DNA from: an uncultured Methanosarcinaceae archaeon | GTDB taxonomy: Archaea; Halobacteriota; Methanosarcinia; Methanosarcinales; Methanosarcinaceae | Direction of reading: 5' to 3' | Length of the DNA stretch: 64,000 nucleotides | Assembly (NCBI GenBank): GCA_963847185.1 | Contig: CAWJYV010000008.1 | Coordinates: forward strand, 128,001 to 192,000 | Shown here: positions 53,937 to 64,000 of the stretch, one piece after another | Numbering within the stretch: position 1 is the stretch's first letter | Layout: each line of letters opens with the position of its first letter | Position numbers and translations under genes: made by a program | The notes under the pieces: generated by a model | What the model saw: the letters and a program-made list of their open reading frames with translations, nothing else | Databases searched by the model: none | Told to the model about the DNA's origin: nothing

Positions 53937-54755
53937 TTAGATGTTACCTGGTCTATTCTCCACCCTTTCTCTTTCTCTCAGCCAGTACGGCTGGTATCCA
54001 TAGTAGCTGTACATACTTGAAAGCCACTCGCGGGAAGTTATAGGCCAGTTATCTTTATCAAACCCTTCTGCCTTTTCCAAAGTTTCTTTAGAGACACTAA
54101 GGGTGAAAGCATGCTCATGCACTCTCAGTTGAAGAGCCTGCCAGGGAATAGCGAACAGTTTGTCACCTAGACCCAGGAATCCGCCAAAAGATAGTACTGC
54201 GTATGCAATTTTTCCATTGCGGAGGTCAATCATTAGCTCTTCAATCTTCCCGAGATCCTCGCCAGCTGTGTTGATGACTTTATCCCCTTTTAACGTACTT
54301 GCTGACAAAAAGTCTGGATTCTCTTTACTAACTGCTGCACTTTCCATCCGTAGCATTCTTTCGGATTCGGTCTCAGTTTGCATTCCTGTTGAAATCCCTG
54401 TCTGCCAGTACGGCTGGTGTCCATAGTAAGTGTAGGTTCTGAGAAGTTCATTATACGTTAAAGGCCACCTGCCTTTATCAAAGCCTTCTGCCTCTTTCAA
54501 GGTCTCTTTAGGAACATCAAGTAGGAAAGCATGCTCATGTACTCTCAGTTGAAGAGCCAGCCAGGGAATAGCAAATAGTTTGTCGCCCATACCCAGGAAC
54601 CCACCAAATGAAATTACAGCATATGCTACCCTTCCATCCTGAAAATCAATCATAAATTCTTCAATCTTTCCAAGGTCTTCCCCATCTCTATTGACTACCT
54701 TATCTCCTTTTAGCGTACCCGCTGACAAAAAATCTGGATTTTCTCTAGTTGCCAT
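53937..54755 (-). CDS. Double PRC-barrel protein
   Basis: Two PRC units; ATG 54755 (MATRENPDF) parallels the MANRENPDF start of the neighbour. Confidence 0.88.
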   Translation of the reverse strand: MATRENPDFLSAGTLKGDKVVNRDGEDLGKIEEFMIDFQDGRVAYAVISFGGFLGMGDKLFAIPWLALQLRVHEHAFLLDVPKETLKEAEGFDKGRWPLTYNELLRTYTYYGHQPYWQTGISTGMQTETESERMLRMESAAVSKENPDFLSASTLKGDKVINTAGEDLGKIEELMIDLRNGKIAYAVLSFGGFLGLGDKLFAIPWQALQLRVHEHAFTLSVSKETLEKAEGFDKDNWPITSREWLSSMYSYYGYQPYWLRERERVENRPGNI

Positions 54756-55259
54756 AATTCTACCCCCTACATTTATGGAGATATTTGTTTCCAAAGCCTG
54801 CGCCCACACGCAGCTTCAAAATATCTCCCCTATTAAATATTATTTTTTTGATGTTACTTAAAACTACGGAATCATAAAAAGTATTATTATATGTTACAAT
54901 TTGAAAAAAAATGGATTAATGTTAAAAATATTTGGGCGGAGAAAGTTCCATTTCTATGAACACTTCCTTTAGCATATTTTCATGAAACTAGTAGTTGAGG
55001 TGAAAAACTTAGTAGTATTTCCTTTAACTTTATAAGTCAAAATTTAGAATGTTCTCAAAACAATTTCATGAATATTTTTATATTATTTAGATATGTCAAC
55101 CGATACTGAATAAAAATGATAACGTTGTCAATAAGGTTATAACATTTTCCTTTTTATTTTTTTGCAAGCGCTTTTAACTTAGGAAGGCGAAAATATGTAC
55201 TAAAACAATTTCTCTTACTTAAAATATGCCTGGGATCTTACCTTAGAGGGTGATGATAT

Positions 55260-55475
55260 ATGTACGCTTATGTTGATACTGAGTATGCACCTGAGAAATG
55301 TTCTCTATGCAATGGAACAGGACATGCTGTAGGTGGAATATGCGAAGTCTGTGGAGGACAGGGAGACGTACTTGTTGCCCAGCCTGCAATAGCCTGTCCT
55401 CTTTGCTGTGGATTAGGTAGCATTGAAATAGGAACTTGCAGGGCATGCGGAGGAAGTGGCTGGGTTCTCTTTTAA
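55260..55475 (+). CDS. Small DnaJ-type zinc-finger protein
   Basis: Four CxxCxGxG motifs in 71 aa. Confidence 0.75.
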   Translation: MYAYVDTEYAPEKCSLCNGTGHAVGGICEVCGGQGDVLVAQPAIACPLCCGLGSIEIGTCRACGGSGWVLF

Positions 55476-55536
55476 AGGAAAGTAACTACAATCCTATTTA
55501 TAGACAGTATCCTTTTTTACCCGAAAATTTTTTCTC

Positions 55537-56172
55537 TTAAGTTTGCTCCGAATTCTCTGAAAAGCCTTCTTTTTTCTTTTGTTTTGTCAGAAATTCTGCT
55601 TTTTTCTCCTGAGAAAGGCAGTCAAAACAGGTTTCATAGCGCAAAGACTTATATTTACTTCTGCATACAGGACAGAGTTCCATACCTTTAAGGCTTGCAA
55701 AATGGCAGCTTTTACAGAGTACTATTGCGTTTTTCAGGGATTCATATTCATTTTCTGCTTGTTTAATTTCTTCTTCGATAAGGTCTTTAATACCATTTTC
55801 TTCAAGCCATTCATGATAACGTTTTTTGAAATTCCCCTCCTCTGAATCAGCAACAAGCACTTCAATATACTGTTCTTCCAGGTCGCTATGGTCGGGATCT
55901 ATTTTATGTACAGTAGAAGCTTTATGCCACGAGGGGTGACTTTTATGGCGGTGCTTGCCAGTTAATACATTCTCGAATTTCTGGTACTTCTGCCTGTAAA
56001 CCTCCCTGAATCTGGTGTATGAAGCACTATAAATCTCGGACCTGATTTGAGCCGGAGAAAAATCTCTGGGAGTGTGAATGCACAGAGAATCTGAAGAACC
56101 GCACCATGAGCAATTCTTGCCTTTGAGAAATTCTGCCCTTTTTTCTTTCCATTCCTTTGAGTTGTGTTTCAT
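55537..56172 (-). CDS. Zn-binding HNH-like hypothetical protein
   Basis: EWKEKR, CSWCG..LCIH ... NAIVLCKSCH, then CPVC/CFDC. Confidence 0.6.
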   Translation of the reverse strand: MKHNSKEWKEKRAEFLKGKNCSWCGSSDSLCIHTPRDFSPAQIRSEIYSASYTRFREVYRQKYQKFENVLTGKHRHKSHPSWHKASTVHKIDPDHSDLEEQYIEVLVADSEEGNFKKRYHEWLEENGIKDLIEEEIKQAENEYESLKNAIVLCKSCHFASLKGMELCPVCRSKYKSLRYETCFDCLSQEKKAEFLTKQKKKEGFSENSEQT

Positions 56173-56278
56173 AGGCTGCCTGCAGAAGAACTTTTTTCCA
56201 TAATAAGACTACTAAATTTAAGGTATGAATTCAGATTTGTCATTTTCATGGAATTTTGAGATCCTTAAACTATTATCA

Positions 56279-56370
56279 GTGTTCTATAGAAGTAATATTA
56301 GTGTTATTAATGTTCTATAAAAGTAGTATTAGTGTTCTATAGAAGTAGTATTAGCGTTCTATAGAAGTAA
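56279..56370. repeat. ~22-bp tandem repeat, 4 copies (GTGTTCTATAGAAGTAGTATTA)
   Basis: Read directly; palindromic core TTCTATAGAA; last copy contains the stop codon of the next gene. Confidence 0.75.
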
Positions 56371-57147
56371 TTTTTCCGAACTTTCAATGTAATATTTTAA
56401 GAGCTCTTTTCCCCATTTTAAAGCCTCGGGCTCTGAACTTAGAAGATATTGACCCTCAAAACCTTCTTTCTTGTTGAAAAGGCCTAAAAGAAATTTGTTT
56501 TCCGATACAGCAATAACAGCAGGAATTTCAAGGGTATTTTCAAGTCTCATGAAAATAGAGGCTTTTTCCTGAGCTAAAATCATTTCTTCTTTATTCTGGA
56601 AATCTGTGGAAAACTTTTCGAATAAATTCCTACTAAGGATTAGCTTTAACTCTGTACCTCTTTTTACAGAATCAAAGGAAAAGGAAGGGATATGAGGGTG
56701 AAAATAAGAAAAAAGAAGCATAAGTTTTTGAGCGTCTGTAAAATGATTAGTCATTTCAGATAAGAAATCGGACCCGTCAGCTGAATCTGGCTCAACCAGC
56801 TTACACCCTTTAAGCTCCCCTATTCTCTTCAAAAGATAAAAAGGAATGGTATCCAATTTCCGCTGGCTCCAGAAATACTCATTTTCTTCGAATAAGATAG
56901 CTGCGTTCACTAAAGGTCGCATTTTTTTGATTAAAATTTCACCTATCGTGGACAGACTACATAGATCTCCATCCTGGACAATTAATCCTTCTTCTTTTAA
57001 CTTCTTTATCTGGGGAAGCAGAGAAATCCTGGAAATCTGAAGTACATCCAGAACCTTATCAATAGTTTTTGGCCCTTCTGCCAATAGTAAAAGGAAGTTT
57101 TTCCTCTTATCAGAGAATAAAAGAAGATTAATAAGCTGTAATTTCAT
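56359..57147 (-). CDS. Winged-helix transcriptional regulator (DUF1724-type, expanded in Methanosarcina)
   Basis: LLFSDKRKNFLLLL.EGPKT, LLPQIKKL, FW....L..IP..LL.RIGEL, ALKWGKEL..YY. Confidence 0.85.
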   Translation of the reverse strand: MKLQLINLLLFSDKRKNFLLLLAEGPKTIDKVLDVLQISRISLLPQIKKLKEEGLIVQDGDLCSLSTIGEILIKKMRPLVNAAILFEENEYFWSQRKLDTIPFYLLKRIGELKGCKLVEPDSADGSDFLSEMTNHFTDAQKLMLLFSYFHPHIPSFSFDSVKRGTELKLILSRNLFEKFSTDFQNKEEMILAQEKASIFMRLENTLEIPAVIAVSENKFLLGLFNKKEGFEGQYLLSSEPEALKWGKELLKYYIESSEKLLL

Positions 57148-57414
57148 CTGATTTCTTCCTTTTAGGGTTCATTGCACTCATTTAAGGGCAAATAACCACT
57201 GTTTTTAAAACATTTAAACTAATATGTCAATGGTATAATCATTAGTTTATAGATATAAACCTTATCTTGGCATTTAAGCAGCAAAAAAGCCAGAAAAGGC
57301 AAATAAATTACAAACTAAGGATGATGTGGATACTAAATAATTTATAGGTTTAAAAAGAAGCAAAAGAGACAAATTAAGAAAGGATCAAGTAATAAAGAAA
57401 AATTTCATTTTATA

Positions 57415-58575
57415 ATGACCTTTAAGAAAGCAATTCTGAAGATGAATGAGGGGATATCAATTAACAAAATTATCTCTATACTGATTATACTGCTTTTAAC
57501 TTTAGCAGCCGGATTTGCTGAAAAGTCTTCAGGAATTTCTGAGAATGCAACAATAACTCATAAGTCGTACGGAGGTTTTACACTTCCTGAAATGCAGGTA
57601 CAGAAGTTAACTGTTAACAGCACATCGGTAGTATTCACAACATCTGATGGTGAAGGAAAATTTTTGAAAACGTATGAAAAACCTTTCAATGAAAGTACTT
57701 TCAGAGATCTTATATATCTATTTGAAGAAAACGAGTTCCTTTAAATGAATAAAAGTTATACTCCACTGGAAGGGCAGCCTGTAGTCACAGATGTAGGAAC
57801 ACTGGAGATCAGCCTGAAAGATAATAATTATGGAAAAACGGTGATAATAGACCCTTATTATTCCGAATATATGCCTGAGGGTCTTCAGAAAATCGATTCA
57901 GTATTGATCAAACTTATAACTTATGCCCTTTCTACATCACCTGAAGAAGCTGAAAATATATCAAAGGTCTGGATAGAAACCTCACCCACATACAGTTTTG
58001 ATGGTTATAATTTAAAACTGGAAAAACATGAGGTTCTGGAGGCGATTCCCCAGCAGCACTTGATTACCTATACATTTACAAGCAGACATGGGGGCTACGG
58101 GAATCGGACTGACCAGATGGTAACTCAGGTGCTTACTCCGCACACAATAGAAGTTACAGTTTCAGATAATAATGTAACAGCCGCGGTTATCGATGGAAAA
58201 TGGGACGAACTTTCTCAGGAGCCTATTGAAAAAGAGCCTGGTAGTGTTGATGAGAATGGTAGTACTAATAATTCTACTGGCGAAGCTGGGGGGGAAAATT
58301 TTGTAACAATCAAGTACCTGATAACCGGAGAAAAAACTCCCTGGGACCAGTGGTATGAGGAAGGAAACATCCAGTTTATCAAAGCCCCAACCCCATCCGA
58401 ACTGATTGTTGCCTATTATGGAACCGTATCTAATATAGAGCTCTCTGACATAGATCGGGTTGAAAGTAGTGACCTTAACACTTCATCTAGTGAATTTTTT
58501 TATGTTGCTAAAGTAAAAGTAAGCGACTTTGAGAAAATGAAAGATCTTGGATGGAAAGAATTTGGAGAATTATAA
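57415..58575 (+). pseudogene. Exported (lipo)protein interrupted by an in-frame TAA at 57742-57744
   Basis: ORFs 57415-57744 and 57745-58575 abut in the same frame. Signal peptide ends LAAGF where a lipobox Cys would be expected. Confidence 0.7.
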
Positions 58576-58682
58576 ATCTCTTCAAAGAAGGAAAATTCAG
58601 GAGAAAATAAAGTAAGAAGCATATTTTTGCCTCAAACAATTTCCTCTCCAGTGAAATAACTCACACATGGAGGATTAAAGAA

Positions 58683-59537
58683 TTATTCTTCAATATTTCC
58701 ATTATTTTTTGTGATTCTCGCAGCAGAAGGATAACTGCATCTTGCAAGTGAGCCGTATACAGACTGTGTTGGAGCTAGCCAGATAATGCCTGTGCCTTCA
58801 AAGGTCTGAAGAGATCCATCCCCACTGGTCAGGTTTCCAACCAGGTTCTTTGCAGATCTTTCGACCGTAAAGTTGATGGAAGCTGACCTGAGGAATGCAA
58901 AGTCTCCGTCAACCTGCAATTTCTCGTTGTTAAGCTCGTACTTAAGGACCTCATTTAAAGGTACTGGAATAGCAAGCACACAGAGACCTTTACCAATAAT
59001 CTTTGTCTGGAACCAGCCTTCACCTCCAAAAAGCCCGGATGATAGATTTTTCTGGGACGAGACTTCTACACTAACTCCTCTTTCACAGCAGTAAAACATT
59101 CCCTTATCCACAATAACTGCATCATTGTCCAGTTCCATGATTATGAAATGGCTGAAACTGGGTTCAAGAAAAATCTCACCTGTGCCTGAGTAAGTCGGTG
59201 TGAAAGCAGATTCATTTGTCAGTTTATTTTTTATTAATTTCTTTGCAAGACCGCCAACTCCTCCGGTTTCACATTCCGTACAGATATTTCCCTTGTGGAA
59301 ATACAGGGCTCCTCGCTCAGTAGTTATTGAACTGTCCTTAAGAGTAATTTTTATCTGCTTGAGACTCATTCCTGCTTTCTCAATATAGTGTAAATCTTTT
59401 GCAAGACATACATCTCGGAGCCCCCGGAGAGTTTTATACTCAAGAATCTCGATTTTTATCCCGTCTTTCTCAATGGACTCCAGTATATTTATATTATCAT
59501 AAAATTTTTGTTCTATAATACGATCACCACTTTTCAA
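58683..59537 (-). CDS. AIM24/DUF124 family protein
   Basis: E.GAL, GTGEIFLEP, GLFGGEGWFQT, LQVDG.FA, F.GTG.IWL.P. Confidence 0.85.
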   Translation of the reverse strand: MKSGDRIIEQKFYDNINILESIEKDGIKIEILEYKTLRGLRDVCLAKDLHYIEKAGMSLKQIKITLKDSSITTERGALYFHKGNICTECETGGVGGLAKKLIKNKLTNESAFTPTYSGTGEIFLEPSFSHFIIMELDNDAVIVDKGMFYCCERGVSVEVSSQKNLSSGLFGGEGWFQTKIIGKGLCVLAIPVPLNEVLKYELNNEKLQVDGDFAFLRSASINFTVERSAKNLVGNLTSGDGSLQTFEGTGIIWLAPTQSVYGSLARCSYPSAARITKNNGNIEE

Positions 59538-59866
59538 TAGATTTGAAGTTAATTCATAGTTACATACAAAATTAAAAGATAACTTCGCAGAAGCCTGTAA
59601 CCTACTTAATAAAATATGTCATTAAAATATGTCATTTTCTTTATTATAAATATTTGTAAAGTAATTCCTGTTAATTGTTTTTCAAGATAGCTAAATCTGA
59701 ATCATATATACGTATGGATAAACGCTTGATCTTTTAAATTTCCAATGTAAAACATATGCGAATTTAAAACTAAATTTATAATCTACACATTTAAGAGTTT
59801 GAACATAGATAGTGGTAATTAACAAATTTCATCAATTAATCCAGTTCAAACGGAGTTGAGGGGATT

Positions 59867-60520
59867 ATGGCGCTTTTTAAAGATAGGGTTGATGCCGGAA
59901 AAAAGCTGGCAAAAGAACTTTCAAAATACGCGAACCGTTCAGATGTACTTATCCTGGCGCTTCCTCGGGGTGGAGTGCCAGTTGCTTTTGAAGTTGCAAA
60001 AGAATTGAATGTAGAAGTGGATATTTTTATCGTAAGGAAATTAGGAGTGCCAGGAAATGAGGAACTGGCAATGGGAGCAATTGCTTCTGATGATGTTCGC
60101 GTGTTGAATGAAGATATTATAAGTTCTTTCCAGATACCTGACAGAGTAATTGCTGTAGTAGCTGCTAATGAACTAAGGGAGATTGAACGCAGAGAACGTG
60201 CTTATCGTAAGAATAGACCTAAACCGGAAATAGGTGGAAAGACTGTTATTTTGATCGATGACGGGCTTGCAACAGGCGCAACGATGAGAGCAGCAGTTGA
60301 GGCTCTTAAAACTAAAAGCCCGGCTAAAATAATTGTCGCGGTTCCGACGGCTGCAGCGGATACTTGCATGTTTTTTAAAGAAAAGGTAGATGAAGTAATA
60401 TGTGTCGCTACACCTGAACCTTTCTATGGCGTTGGAGCCTGGTATGGTGACTTCAGTCAGACTACAGATGAAGAGGTTTGTGAATTACTGGATAAAGCAG
60501 CGAATCTTCGATCTAAGTAA
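59867..60520 (+). CDS. Phosphoribosyltransferase family protein
   Basis: FKDR.DAG..LA, LPRGGVPVA, VRKLG.P..EELAMGA, LIDDGLATGAT. Confidence 0.92.
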   Translation: MALFKDRVDAGKKLAKELSKYANRSDVLILALPRGGVPVAFEVAKELNVEVDIFIVRKLGVPGNEELAMGAIASDDVRVLNEDIISSFQIPDRVIAVVAANELREIERRERAYRKNRPKPEIGGKTVILIDDGLATGATMRAAVEALKTKSPAKIIVAVPTAAADTCMFFKEKVDEVICVATPEPFYGVGAWYGDFSQTTDEEVCELLDKAANLRSK

Positions 60521-60569
60521 TAATCTGTATGTAAACTGGTACTCTACATAACCATATGGGGGAATCAAT

Positions 60570-61250
60570 ATAACAGAGTTTTCAAGTAAAGGCAAAAGTG
60601 GCAGTGATATTCAAATCCCAATTGACTCGATTACCCTTGAAGGAAACCTCATTATTCCTGAGGGAGCGAGGGGAATCGTCATTTTTGCACATGGTAGTGG
60701 AAGCAGTCGCCACAGCTCGCGGAACCAATATGTTGCACGGGAACTTCAAAAATACGGGCTTGGAACACTGCTTTTTGATCTACTGACAGCTGAGGAAGAA
60801 AGAATTGACATGGTAACAGCTCATCTCAGGTTCGACATTGATTTGCTTGCAAATAGGCTTATTGATGTAACGAAGTGGCTTTTAAGTAATCCTGATACTA
60901 AAGAATTAAACATAGGTTACTTTGGAGCCAGTACGGGGGCTGCAGCTGCGCTTATAGCTGCAAAAGAGCATTCTAATATAATAAAAGCAGTAGTTTCCAG
61001 AGGAGGAAGGCCGGATCTGGCTGAAAAAGCTCTGTCTCATATAAAGGCACCTACTCTGCTTATTGTGGGTGGTGAAGATTATCAAGTAATAGAAATGAAT
61101 CAGTGGGCATTAGATAGGTTGACCTTAAAAGAAAAACAACTTAAGATCGTTCCTGGTGCAACTCACCTTTTTGAAGAACCTGGAACATTAGAAGAGGTCG
61201 CATATCTAGCCGGGGAATGGTTTAAAAAGTATCTCCTGGAAACTTCCTGA
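60570..61250 (+). CDS. Dienelactone hydrolase-family alpha/beta hydrolase
   Basis: The frame of ORF 60810 is open from 60552 and adds LEGNL..P, FAHGSGSSRHS.RN. Downstream GYFGASTG, SRGGRPDL, GATHLFEE. Best-placed start is ATA 60570. Confidence 0.8.
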   Translation: MTEFSSKGKSGSDIQIPIDSITLEGNLIIPEGARGIVIFAHGSGSSRHSSRNQYVARELQKYGLGTLLFDLLTAEEERIDMVTAHLRFDIDLLANRLIDVTKWLLSNPDTKELNIGYFGASTGAAAALIAAKEHSNIIKAVVSRGGRPDLAEKALSHIKAPTLLIVGGEDYQVIEMNQWALDRLTLKEKQLKIVPGATHLFEEPGTLEEVAYLAGEWFKKYLLETS

Positions 61251-61376
61251 TGATTTATCTGATTCATTCTTTTCTGTATCCGCATCATATTCTATTTTTT
61301 TACAATCTAACCTGGTACAAAAAAGAGTAAATTGAGCTGAAATCAAGTTAGGAGATTATAGCCTGTGAAATAATTC

Positions 61377-63502
61377 TTATTGCTGGATATATTTTCTATT
61401 CACATCCAAAACTTCATTCCTGAATTCAATAATAAATTTCGTACCCTCTCCTCTTTCCAGATAAAGGCTGCCCTCTATCTGATCCACAAGGGCATTCACA
61501 AGCTGCAAACCTAGTGTATCAGGATTTCTGAAATCAATTTTCTCTGGAAGCCCCCTGCCATTATCTGCAAATACAAGCTTATAGCGTTCACATGTCTCTG
61601 GCATTTTCTGGGAATTCGCAAAAAGAGTTTTATCAGACTTTTCGTTTTCCCTTTCCATGAATTTTTCTCTTATCAATGAGATCCGGATTTCTCCCTTGAT
61701 CCCTGCTGGAAAAGCATATTTTATCGAGTTGGTGAAAAGTTCATTGATTATGATACCTAGGGAAATTGCAGTATCAACGAAAAGAAAAATATTGCTTTCA
61801 TCCAGATCTACCTGGACTTTGCAATCTTCTATATTGTATGTACTGGTTAAATCTGCTACTAATTTGCGTAGGTAGGATGAAAAATCAAGGGAATCCAGCT
61901 TTCCTGTTTCATAAAGCTCCTGATGTATAAGAGATATGGATAGGATTCGGCTTTCACTTTCCTTGAAAGCTTCAATAACTTTTTTGTCACTGAACTTTTC
62001 AGCCTGAAGGCTCAGGAGAGAGGAGACTATCTGCAGGTTATTTTTAATTCTATGATTGATCTCTTTTTTTCGAAGTTTCTCAATCTTCTTCTTTTCAGTA
62101 ATATCTCTACAGGTTATCAGAATTCCTATTATTTTCCCATCTTCGCCTGTTACTGGAACTGCCTGAATAAACCATACATCTCCATTTTTTGCAATAAACT
62201 CTGCTGACTTTTTATTACCTGTTACAAAGATCTGTTCAAGCTGCATGTGTTCAGACAATGACCCACTTATTCCCGGAGCGGATTTAAGGAACATCCCAAT
62301 TGCTTCTTGAAGGCTCATCTCCATATATTCCAGGGAGGCTTTGTTCGCCCAGATCAGATTAAGGTCAGGGTTTACGAAGACAACCAGTTCCTCAAGAGAA
62401 TCTAAGAGAACTTTCTTTTCTCGTTCCTGATCTTTTAACTCCTGCTCTGCCAGATATATCTCAGTTAACATTCCGTTTATTTCCTTTGACAGGCGATAGA
62501 GCTCATCATTATCTTTGAGAGGTAGTCTTCTGGAAAGATCTTTTTCCGACCTTACTTTCATAACAAAATTATCTATTTTGACTAATCTGTAAATGAAAAG
62601 CCTGTCAAGAGCATACTTTACCCCGACACCTGTCATAAGCCCGGTTAACAGAAGGAAAAAATACATATAATTTAGGGTTTTTTCGCCATGTTTATAGAGG
62701 TCTCTTGGAAAATCTGCTCTCATGATAAGGGCGGGTCTGCCTGAAACATCCTTTAATTCAAAATAACCTGCCACTCGCTCTTCATTAAGAGGTTCTACTA
62801 TTGCCTTCCCCGGGAGTCCGGGAAAGTTATTAATTTTTGTCTGGAAATCAGGGGGCATATCTTTATCTATCCTGTACATCAAAAGAGAAGAGCGGGTAGC
62901 TTTTTTGAGTGAATTGAGGAGGGGATCGTCAAAGTATCTTCCAAAAATTAAAGTGCCCTTCATGGGAGACCCTTACAACTTGTTGTAAGGATTGGGTGGC
63001 AGGAAATAAACATTGGATCTTCATCAATCAAGATGATGCCGTTTATAATATCATCATCTGATTTTGCGAGAAGAGTTCCGTTTTCTATCCATTTAAACAG
63101 GTCTTTTGGAACCGATTTTTCCTCTGATGTATTAATATCTACAGATTTTGCATAGACTATAGATCCTGAGTTATTTACAAAAACAACTGTGTTAATATTA
63201 ATCCCAATAAGAGCTTGATTTAGAAGATTTGAACTTATATACTGTTGGTTCCTATCTTCGATAAATCTGTAAGTGTCATCCCAGCATGCCCAATCCTGCA
63301 CTATTTGATCAAGGTATCCCTGCTCAGTCAAGAGCGCGTTTTGCACTCTTTCTACATTCTCCAATGTGTCCGCCTGTTCAAGCTCCAAAAAGTTGGAAAG
63401 CTGCATATTGTGGGAAAATGTGAATGCAGCAGTAAGGACGGCAAAAATTAATAGGGTTATTATAAGAACCTTTTTACTTATGTCTATACAGATACCCCAC
63501 AA
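61377..63502 (-). pseudogene. CHASE4-HAMP-PAS-HisKA_2 sensor histidine kinase, one frameshift near 62965
   Basis: DWACWDDTY (CHASE4), GTLIFGRY, TM + HAMP (DELYRL..EIN.ML), PAS, HRIKNNLQ, ELFTNSIKY, DNGRG, LGLQLV. Confidence 0.85.
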
Positions 63503-64000
63503 TTTCGGAGTGAAACAAGCTTGAAAATTAATTTCTATAACAGAAGGACACTATATAAAATATCTGATATTGGTGAAATAAATTTGGAAGTTATATGAGT
63601 AACGGACCAAAAAAGAAAATGTTAACATTTGCGGAGTTGTAGTTTCGAACCTTGATATCGTTAGTAACTGAGTATAAAACGTATGTTAGAATGTTCTCTA
63701 TAAATGGGAATGGGTAGAAAGTTCTGATTTCAGATTACTATGGACTTGATAATCTACGAAAGTATACGAGGCAAAATAACCTAAAGGACAAAGTAAATAA
63801 TAGAGTTTCGGAAAAGACCCGAAGCGCTGTACTACTTTTACTGCATCTTCCAATACAGTTTCCTCAAATATCATGTTCCCTCATGTATGTCGATTTAAAG
63901 AAAAAGCAGCAACTTCCGGTAGTTACAGATCATGTCAGTGAAAACAATCTGTGTCAATTTTATTATATCACTATTTATGATTCTCTTATATGGAAACTAA

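Noticed and set aside
56279-56370. 22-bp repeats as a mini-CRISPR
   Set aside because: Units are contiguous with no unique spacers.
57742-57744. Recoded stop (pyrrolysine/selenocysteine) in the exported protein
   Set aside because: The codon is TAA, which is not recoded; a simple nonsense change.
60598-60786. Separate 62-aa gene or frameshift in the hydrolase
   Set aside because: Out-of-frame overlap; the hydrolase frame is continuous from 60552 to 61250.

Overview
Archaeal chromosomal window, almost certainly Methanosarcina (Methanosarcinaceae). Evidence: histone, MCM, RFC-S, PriS-GINS-L44e-S27e-aIF2a-Nop10-PAC2 cluster, pycBA-birA, bacterial-type groES/EL, mod genes and an fmdB paralogue. 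Most of it is housekeeping. It has two tRNA genes: Ser-CGA, and Trp-CCA with a C/D-box guide intron. The strongest candidate for a new system is a two-gene islet between rqcH and priS (23950-26155, minus strand). It encodes an EACC1-like small protein followed by a caspase-family protease fused to an FGE/C-type-lectin domain. The terminal variable region of that domain has the codon pattern expected of a DGR target; the domain is now frameshifted, and no RT or template repeat is visible in the window. Other highlights: (1) a three-copy multi-hairpin non-coding element with compensatory base changes (12851-13062, 23685-23811); (2) an FmdB paralogue in the mod cluster lacking the metal-ligating Cys-His; (3) a ~516-nt region closed by a perfect 13-bp inverted repeat right behind a TATA box and ModE-like palindrome; (4) several genes whose best-placed start codon is ATA; (5) many frameshifts in non-essential genes. 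All family calls come from motif recognition by eye; no searches were run.
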